From contig CAWCNY010000002.1 in the NCBI GenBank assembly GCA_963797095.1, positions 1,248,001 to 1,312,000 of the forward strand: a stretch of 64,000 nt of DNA, read 5' to 3'. Shown piece by piece: positions 31,207-36,489 of this stretch. A program made the translations under genes and the position numbers. This stretch comes from an uncultured Chloroflexia bacterium. GTDB lineage: Bacteria; Chloroflexota; Chloroflexia; QHBQ01; JADMIH01. The notes beneath the pieces were generated by a model. The model did no database searches. It was not told where the DNA came from and saw only the letters and a list, made by a program, of their open reading frames with translations. Positions within the stretch are counted from its first letter, which is position 1; each line of letters opens with the position of its first letter.

Positions 31207-31324
31207 TGGGGGTGGGAGGGATCGAACCTCCGTTTTCGGGTCCCGTTAATCATCACCTGACGGCCCTGAAGGCAAGGTAACGATGATGAGTTTGCCCGCT
31301 GTGCTGCCACTACACTACATCCCC
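31207..31324 (-). ncRNA. Unit 3: tRNA body with Ro helix in the anticodon loop (permuted Y RNA)
   Basis: Acceptor, D and T arms present; insert UCAUCAU..CUUGCC-UUCA-GGGCCG..GUGAUGA-UUAAC. Confidence 0.75.
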
Positions 31325-31397
31325 GATTTGGGTATTGATGGTAATTACGACTTACGAATTATGTGTCATTCCGACTACCGACTACCGACAGTACCGA

Positions 31398-31489
31398 GTG
31401 CAGGCGAATGTTGTTCAAGGGTTGTCTGATCAGGCAAAGCCCGGTCAGCCCTGTGGTGGACTGATAACCCTGTGAGCCGCGGCCCGCAC
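31398..31489 (-). ncRNA. Y RNA-like unit 4 (canonical)
   Basis: GUGCGGGCCG...AGGGUUAUC ... CCCUUG...UUCGCCUGCAC. Confidence 0.68.
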
Positions 31490-31510
31490 GCTGTTCTGTT
31501 CGTTTCTTTT

Positions 31511-31661
31511 CAGGCAGTCAAGGATGGCGTTTTGGGGTTTCTGGGGTGTGGGACTTGCACCTACTCTGTGGGTCTTTCACCCACTTTCAGCCCGCGAGTG
31601 CTGTTTTGCCATTTTCGCCATTTTCAAGATGGAAGATAACCCAAAACTGCGTACCGCCCTG
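31511..31661 (-). ncRNA. Y RNA-like unit 5 (canonical, with anticodon-like and T-like hairpins)
   Basis: GGCGGUACG/UUGACUGCC, GUUUUGGG/CCCAAAAC, UUAUC, CCAU-CUUGAAA-AUGG, GUAGG-UGCAAGU-CCCAC. Confidence 0.78.
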
Positions 31662-31681
31662 TATATTCGAGAAGAAGTGTG

Positions 31682-31766
31682 CCGGTGGGCAAGGGACGTG
31701 TTGGGAATGACTTTCGTCAAGCAGATTCACAGTCTGAGGGGTAACCCATACACTGCGTACCACCGG
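31682..31766 (-). ncRNA. Y RNA-like unit 6 (canonical)
   Basis: CCGGUGGUACG...UGGGUUACC ... CCCAACAC..CUUGCCCACCGG. Confidence 0.75.
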
Positions 31767-31781
31767 GCAACCATGTTTTGT

Positions 31782-31898
31782 TGGGGAGCAGCGGGAGTCG
31801 AACCCACGCAACCTCCCGAAGGAGGGTATCTATCCTCTGATAACCGTCAGCGGACGGCCCTTGAGGGCAAGGGATGTTGACGGGGTTTTACACTCCCC
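31782..31898 (-). ncRNA. Unit 7: permuted Y RNA with acceptor stem and T arm, no D arm
   Basis: GGGGAGUG/UGCUCCCC ends, CUUGCCC-UCAA-GGGCCG, CUGACGG-UUAUC, GUGGG-UUCGACU-CCCGC. Confidence 0.72.
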
Positions 31899-31911
31899 AT
31901 GAGTGTGGTTC

Positions 31912-31984
31912 TGGCGGTCAAGGAACGCTCCCGGTGTGGGAGTTGAACCCATGTGCACCGGTAACCGGAAGCACCGTACCACCA
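31912..31984 (-). ncRNA. Y RNA-like unit 8 (minimal, ~73 nt, with T loop)
   Basis: UGGUGGUACG/UUGACCGCCA, CCGGUUACC, UGGG-UUCAACU-CCCA. Confidence 0.78.
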
Positions 31985-31987
31985 TTG

Positions 31988-32111
31988 TGGAGACGGAGGG
32001 ACTCGAACCCTCGACCCGGCCGTTAGTAGCGGTAACCATCAGCCACCGGCCCCCGTGGGGCAAATACCGGTAATGGCTTTAAACCTGCTCTGCCATCTGA
32101 GCTACGTCCCC
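31988..32111 (-). ncRNA. Unit 9: complete tRNA (anticodon ACU) with Ro helix inserted in the 5' strand of the anticodon stem
   Basis: GG[insert UUUGCCCC-AC-GGGGGCCG..GAUGGUUA]CCG-CUACUAA-CGGCC; normal D, T and acceptor arms. Confidence 0.78.
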
Positions 32112-32185
32112 TGGGTTTGGACGAAAGACGAAGGACGTAGGACGATGGTTGTCGTCCAGGGTCTTGTCTAGCGTCCGGTTGTCAG

Positions 32186-32279
32186 GAAGGAAATAGTCAA
32201 TATTTGCTTTCAGGAATTGCCCGGCAGTGCCGGACCATTGCATTAATGGGTAACCTGAATGCGCCGTCCCAGATCCTTC
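32186..32279 (-). ncRNA. Y RNA-like unit 10 (canonical, degenerate)
   Basis: GAAGGA..UGGGACG..UUCAGGUUACC ... CCUGAA..UUGACUA..UCCUUC. Confidence 0.62.
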
Positions 32280-32289
32280 ACCGATGTTC

Positions 32290-32423
32290 GATGGTGGCCC
32301 TCTATCGCGCCGAGCGCCGTAGGCACGTCCGGGCCTACGGACGGGAATTGAACCCGCGTGTTACCTGCGTACTCAACTACGACCTGCCGCCATGAGATAG
32401 CCGGTGCCGACCGGCCGACCATC
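32290..32423 (-). ncRNA. Y RNA-like unit 11 (YrlA-type tRNA mimic, degenerate Ro site)
   Basis: GAUGGU/ACCAUC ends, GGCCG..GGCUAUC, GCGGG-UUCAAUU-CCCGU then CCGUAGGC/GCCUACGG closed stem. Confidence 0.6.
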
Positions 32424-32434
32424 TTCTGATAATT

Positions 32435-32534
32435 GGAGGAAAGCAAGCAGTCAAAGCACGCGTTGGGCCTGCGGACGCGTTACCCGCAGTTATGGTTGCG
32501 AATGATACCCCATTGGCAACGTACCGCTTTCTCC
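32435..32534 (-). ncRNA. Y RNA-like unit 12 (canonical)
   Basis: AAGCGGUACG...UGGGGUAUC ... CCCAAC..UUUGACUGCUU. Confidence 0.72.
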
Positions 32535-32543
32535 TGTATGTAT

Positions 32544-32678
32544 TGGGGATGGCAGGATTCGAACCTGCAAGAGCTTGTGCTCACTCGTTTTCAAGACGAT
32601 AACCCTCAGCCTTCGGCCCCCATGGGGCAAGGTATGGTGACGGTGTATTAGCGCGTTTGCCATTTCCGCCACATCCCC
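32544..32678 (-). ncRNA. Unit 13: class II tRNA (anticodon UGA, Leu-like body) with Ro helix inserted in the 5' strand of the anticodon stem
   Basis: CU[insert CUUGCCCC-AU-GGGGGCCG..GAGGGUUAU]CGU-CUUGAAA-ACGAG; long variable arm, T arm. Confidence 0.78.
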
Positions 32679-32691
32679 ACGATTATTGTGT

Positions 32692-32809
32692 TGGAGCGCC
32701 CGATAAGAATCGAACTTACGGTAACCATCAATCCGGCGGCCCTGGAGGTTCTTGAGGTCCTGGAGGGCAAAGATTGGAGACGGGTGCTCTCCAATCGAGC
32801 GTCGGGCGC
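32692..32809 (-). ncRNA. Unit 14: permuted Y RNA, anticodon arm replaced by Ro helix, ends in encoded CCA
   Basis: GCGCCCG/CGGGCGC-U-CCA, D arm GCUC/GAGC, UUUGCCC...GGGCCG, GAUGGUUACC, T loop UUCGAUU. Confidence 0.8.
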
Positions 32810-32810
32810 A

Positions 32811-32887
32811 TGGTGCTTGGGGTGGGGGTTGAACCCACGACCTCCTGCTTTTCAGACAAGCGCTGCTACCAACTGAGCTACCCAAGC
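32811..32887 (-). tRNA. tRNA-Phe(GAA)
   Basis: Loop CUGAAAA, CCA. Confidence 0.88.
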
Positions 32888-32992
32888 GGGCAAACATGAA
32901 ACGTGAGGACGAAGGATTAGATTACGAGTGACGAATGACGAATGACGAGTGATTACGCAATACGCAGTACGCAATAGGTCCTGTCTCACGAT

Positions 32993-33067
32993 TGGTCTGG
33001 ATGGAGAGGATCGAACTCCCGATCTCTAGCGCCCAAGGCTAGCGTGTTCCCGCTACACTACACCCAG
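32993..33067 (-). tRNA. tRNA-Pro(TGG)
   Basis: Loop CUUGGGC, C1-G72, CCA. Confidence 0.9.
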
Positions 33068-33107
33068 ATATGGTTATATCTCGTCCATCGTTCTTCACCG
33101 TTCGTTG

Positions 33108-33183
33108 TGGCGGCCCGTAGGGGAGTTGAACCCCTCCTTTCGACATTGACAGTGTCGCGTCTCGTCCACTCGACCAACGGGCC
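33108..33183 (-). tRNA. tRNA-Asp(GTC)
   Basis: Loop CUGUCAA, G73, CCA. Confidence 0.9.
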
Positions 33184-33256
33184 AGTTCGATTTTGGATTT
33201 TAGATTGGGGATTTTGGATTGAAGTCGTAGCAATTCCGAAATCTGAAATCCGAAAT

Positions 33257-33332
33257 TGGTACAGGGGGGCAGATTCGAACTGCCGGCCACTCGCGTCCGA
33301 GGCGAGTACGCTTACCACTGCGCTACCCCTGT
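33257..33332 (-). tRNA. tRNA-Pro(CGG), atypical A1-U72/A37
   Basis: Loop CUCGGAC, CCA. Confidence 0.82.
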
Positions 33333-33351
33333 ATGCATGATTTATTTCTTG

Positions 33352-33422
33352 TTCCGGGGCAAGGATTCGAACCTCGCTCTGCCGGTTCAAAGCCGGCGAT
33401 CTTACCGCTGGACGACCCCGGA
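33352..33422 (-). tRNA. tRNA-Gln(TTG)
   Basis: Loop CUUUGAA, U1-A72. Confidence 0.87.
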
Positions 33423-33485
33423 AGGATGATGATGACGGGGACGATGCAAGAACGTAAGCGTTGCCGACTATCGGCTACTTCCTTT

Positions 33486-33563
33486 TGGTGAGCGTTGGAG
33501 GACTTGAACCTCCGGCCTCCAGGTTCGCGGCCTGGTGCTCTGATTCCACTGAGCTAAACGCTC
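33486..33563 (-). tRNA. tRNA-Arg(GCG), C33
   Basis: Loop CCGCGAA, CCA. Confidence 0.82.
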
Positions 33564-33597
33564 GTGTTGTCTGTGCTCTTGTCCATGGCCCACCGGG

Positions 33598-33668
33598 CAG
33601 TGAGGGAGGGAGTCGAACCCCCATGGACCGATTAACAGTCGGTTATCTTACCTTTAGATGACCTCACT
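33598..33668 (-). tRNA. tRNA-Asn(GTT)
   Basis: Loop CUGUUAA, G73. Confidence 0.85.
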
Positions 33669-33686
33669 ATTGTCTTGTTATGCGGG

Positions 33687-33772
33687 CGGGTCGGGTGGGA
33701 TTTGAACCCACTTGCGTCCAAGACGCACTTGTTTTACAGACAGGCCCGGCTACCCGTATCCGGCTCCGACCC
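33687..33772 (-). tRNA. tRNA-Tyr(GTA)
   Basis: Loop CUGUAAA, long variable arm; G73. Confidence 0.85.
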
Positions 33773-33858
33773 AAGTTGTTGCGGTTGAAAGATGATTATT
33801 GGCGAGTGACGAGTGACGAATGACGAGTTCTGGAAATCGGCAATCTAAAGTCCGCGAT

Positions 33859-33934
33859 TGGTGGACAGCCAGGGATTTGAACCCCGAACATTCTCGGTGT
33901 AGGCGAGACGCTCCATCCGTTGAGCTAGCCGTCC
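33859..33934 (-). tRNA. tRNA-Val(TAC), C33
   Basis: Loop CCUACAC, CCA. Confidence 0.85.
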
Positions 33935-33947
33935 ATTGGAAGGGCGC

Positions 33948-34023
33948 TGGTAGGGTGTGCGGGGATCGAACCCGCGATCTACTCTTTGAAAGAGAGTTAT
34001 CCTGACCACTAGACGAACACCCC
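33948..34023 (-). tRNA. tRNA-Glu(TTC)
   Basis: Loop CUUUCAA, CCA. Confidence 0.9.
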
Positions 34024-34034
34024 ACAGGGTTGAT

Positions 34035-34112
34035 TGGTAGCGCATGAGAGATTCGAACTCCCGGTCTCCAGGCTGAGAACCTGGCGTCCTGGGCCAGCTA
34101 GACGAATGCGCC
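34035..34112 (-). tRNA. tRNA-Glu(CTC)
   Basis: Loop UUCUCAG, CCA. Confidence 0.9.
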
Positions 34113-34192
34113 GTGTTGTTACGGACGAAGGATGGCGGTTTGCCACCTGCTGTTCTTTCGTCGTCCGTCTTTAGTATTTTGTCCGCAGAAAG

Positions 34193-34264
34193 AGGTGCCG
34201 AGGGGAATTGAACCCCTGGTTAGCCGGGTTGCAGCCGGCCGCCTTACCACTTGGCTACGGCACC
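34193..34264 (-). tRNA. tRNA-Cys(GCA)
   Basis: Loop CUGCAAC, U73. Confidence 0.9.
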
Positions 34265-34271
34265 GCTTGGG

Positions 34272-34347
34272 TGGTGGAGCAGGGGAGATTCGAACTCCCA
34301 TCTTCCTCGTTGCAGGCGAGACACTCTGCCATTTGAGCTACTGTCCC
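34272..34347 (-). tRNA. tRNA-Ala(TGC), C33
   Basis: Loop CCUGCAA, G3-U70, CCA. Confidence 0.86.
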
Positions 34348-34418
34348 GTTTTGGTAGTCGGTAGTCGGTAGGCGGTAGTCAGATGGTATTTTACTGATAA
34401 CTGGCTGCCGAGCTTTTG

Positions 34419-34492
34419 TTTCGCGGAGCGGATTCGAACCGCTGGTCCCCTGGGTCACAGTCAGGTGCTTTTGCCGCTAAGCTACCGCGAAC
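34419..34492 (-). tRNA. tRNA-His(GTG)
   Basis: Loop CUGUGAC, G-1 present, A73. Confidence 0.82.
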
Positions 34493-34573
34493 ATGTGGTT
34501 AGACGATAGACGATGGACGAAAGTAAAGGTGAGCTTTCGTCGTCCGTTGTTCGTTTTTAGTCTGATGCACCGG

Positions 34574-34644
34574 TTCCGTGTCAAGGATTCGAACCTCGTT
34601 CTGCTGGTTCAGAGCCAACTGTCCTACCGTTGGACGAACACGGA
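34574..34644 (-). tRNA. tRNA-Gln(CTG)
   Basis: Loop CUCUGAA, U1-A72. Confidence 0.87.
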
Positions 34645-34747
34645 ATATGATGGATCCTTGGATACTGCGTAGTGCTTATTTCGTATTGCATGTCGGTGCG
34701 AGATTATTCCGCACTCTATACTCCGCATTCCGCATTTGAGTGTGGGG

Positions 34748-34821
34748 CGCACCCAGAGAGATTCGAACTCCCGGCCCGCTGGTTCGAAGCCAGCTGCTCT
34801 GTTCCACTGAGCTATGGGTGC
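34748..34821 (-). tRNA. tRNA-Arg(TCG)
   Basis: Loop CUUCGAA. Confidence 0.88.
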
Positions 34822-34872
34822 AGGATAGTGCGTATTGCGTACTGCTTATCGCTTACTTCGCATATACAGATT

Positions 34873-34948
34873 TGGTTGCGGAGGAGGGACTTGAACCCTC
34901 GATCTGGTCATTATGAGCGACCCGCTCTTGCCGCTGAGCTACTCCGCA
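34873..34948 (-). tRNA. tRNA-Met/Ile2(CAT)
   Basis: Loop CUCAUAA, CCA. Confidence 0.88.
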
Positions 34949-35013
34949 ATGGTGGGTGAGAGACGCAGGATGAAGGATGAAGGATGAAGGATGAAGGATT
35001 AAGGATGATAGCG

Positions 35014-35090
35014 TGGTACCGGAGGAGAGATTCGAACTCCCAACGTCTGCGGTCTGAGCGCAGTGTGTCTACCAGTTGCACCACTCCGGC
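35014..35090 (-). tRNA. tRNA-Leu(CAG) with short variable loop
   Basis: Loop CUCAGAC, 5-nt variable region, CCA. Confidence 0.85.
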
Positions 35091-35189
35091 ATATCTTAGT
35101 GACAAATGACGAGTGACGAGTGACAAGTGACTGGATAAGCAGTAAGCACTAAGCAATAGGTCACGTATCACGTATCACGTTTCACGGGT

Positions 35190-35264
35190 TGGAGCGGTAG
35201 TAGGGATTCGAACCCTCATCTCCTCCATGGCGCGGAGGTGCTCTGCCGGTTGAGCGACTACCAC
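35190..35264 (-). tRNA. tRNA-Gly(GCC), G32/C33
   Basis: Loop GCGCCAU, U73, CCA. Confidence 0.82.
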
Positions 35265-35305
35265 ATTTTTGCGGATTGGCGTTTTGGGGGTTTCTTCCGC
35301 AAGGG

Positions 35306-35377
35306 CACAAGCGGTAGGATTTGAACCCACATCCCACAGTTTTGGAGACTGGTGCTCTCCCATTGAGCTACGCTTGT
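35306..35377 (-). tRNA. tRNA-Trp(CCA)
   Basis: Loop CUCCAAA, G73. Confidence 0.87.
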
Positions 35378-35381
35378 ATGC

Positions 35382-35472
35382 AGCGAGCAGACCAGGCATG
35401 CCTTCACGCTTGGGCTTTACGATATGTGCGGCCCGCGCTGGACTCCAGGCACACCTGGCGTGTCTGCTCACT
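35382..35472 (-). ncRNA. Unidentified rod-shaped structured RNA within the tRNA array
   Basis: Nested helices GAGCAGA/UCUGCUC, CCAGGUGUGCCU/AGGCAUGCCUGG, GGGC/GCCC. Confidence 0.45.
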
Positions 35473-35614
35473 CTTTTTATTCGCGATCCATCTTCTACTG
35501 TTAAGGTGCACGGTCTGCCGTGGACTGCCGGCGCTTTCTTTGTTTTATTGTCCTATTCGGGTTATTTACTTCTATGTCGCCCGTCACGGCTTTCCGTCTG
35601 CATCGACAGATGCA

Positions 35615-35690
35615 TGGTGCCCCCGGCAGGGTTCGAACCTGCGCCTCACCGATTAAGAGTCGGTTACTCTTCCTGCTGAGTTACAGAGGC
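35615..35690 (-). tRNA. tRNA-Lys(CTT)
   Basis: Loop CUCUUAA, CCA. Confidence 0.92.
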
Positions 35691-36073
35691 TTGCATATTG
35701 CGCTGTTAATTGAGAGAGCCGCCTGGCTCTTTCGCCGGGCGGCCCTGGTGAACATATATGTACATGCACCTTGAGCTATCCGGCGATTACCTCCCAACCA
35801 AACGTGCGATTAAGGGCCTGGGTCAGATCCAGGGCCAATGCTGCTGCTGGGCATAGGGAGGCGGCTATACAATTGTCATAGACAGGTTGTGATAATTCGG
35901 CTTCACACATACACGTCGCTTCACTGATTCTTGGCGTCTTCCTTGAGCGTAAACGCTTCCAGGTGTGATCGGCGTGTGTAGAGAGAGGCCAGCGCGCGTC
36001 GTGTGACGGCTCACGCAACTCATCTCTGTATGTTTGGCCGATCCAGATCGATTTCATGGCTTTGCCTTGCTAA

Positions 36074-36246
36074 CTAAAGAGCGGCTCCTGTTCGGGGCCG
36101 CTCCAGCTTTTGTGGCTTGCATTTTGTGAGGCAAATTACCTCACATTACGTTTTGCTTACCTCTGGAGCGGTCGCCCACCCTCATCCACGTATCTCGCGG
36201 GAGTTGGGGTCTGGCGATACCTTCGATATTCAGATAAAGATTCCAT
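36074..36246 (-). promoter_or_regulatory. Candidate attenuator (leader ORF, antiterminator, terminator) upstream of the tRNA/Y-RNA operon
   Basis: Terminator GAGCGGCCCC-GAACA-GGAGCCGCUC-UUUAGUU; upstream CCGCUCCAG can pair with CUGGAGCGG; a 29-aa ORF (36157-36246) ends over it. Confidence 0.45.
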
Positions 36247-36489
36247 TCGTGCTGTGAATAGCTCCTGGCGATTGATGGCGATATGCTCGCAAAACAATTC
36301 GTCTGGACAGACAACCACAACCCATTCTCATAAGAAGGGGCTTGTGTGCTATTACATTGTCTGGCGCTCATGGTCACGGGGAGCAAACTCCTTTTGATGT
36401 TGTTACCATATTAGTTGTATCGCATCCTGGTGCTGCTCACAACCATCTCGCGGATTAGAATGTCTAGGTCTGAGGGAGTAGAATCGGCG

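Noticed and set aside
31782-31898. tmRNA fragment
   Set aside because: No G3-U70 pair, tag ORF or pseudoknots; it carries the Ro-helix module instead
30824-32809. CRISPR array or set of decayed pseudo-tRNAs
   Set aside because: No identical direct repeats or constant spacing and no cas genes; conservation is structural with covariation, and several units lack tRNA features
21416-35690. Prophage or ICE origin for the tRNA array
   Set aside because: No integrase, structural or conjugation genes, and no att-like repeats seen
30663-35774. Numerous short ORFs across the tRNA/Y-RNA region
   Set aside because: Shadow ORFs over structured RNA genes, with no protein motifs
35776-36057. 93-aa ORF between the attenuator and the first tRNA
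   Set aside because: No recognisable motif and a weak RBS; cannot be supported, though not excluded
36074-36180. Known riboswitch class (c-di-GMP, SAM, T-box)
   Set aside because: Consensus aptamer motifs not recognisable; kept only as a generic attenuator candidate
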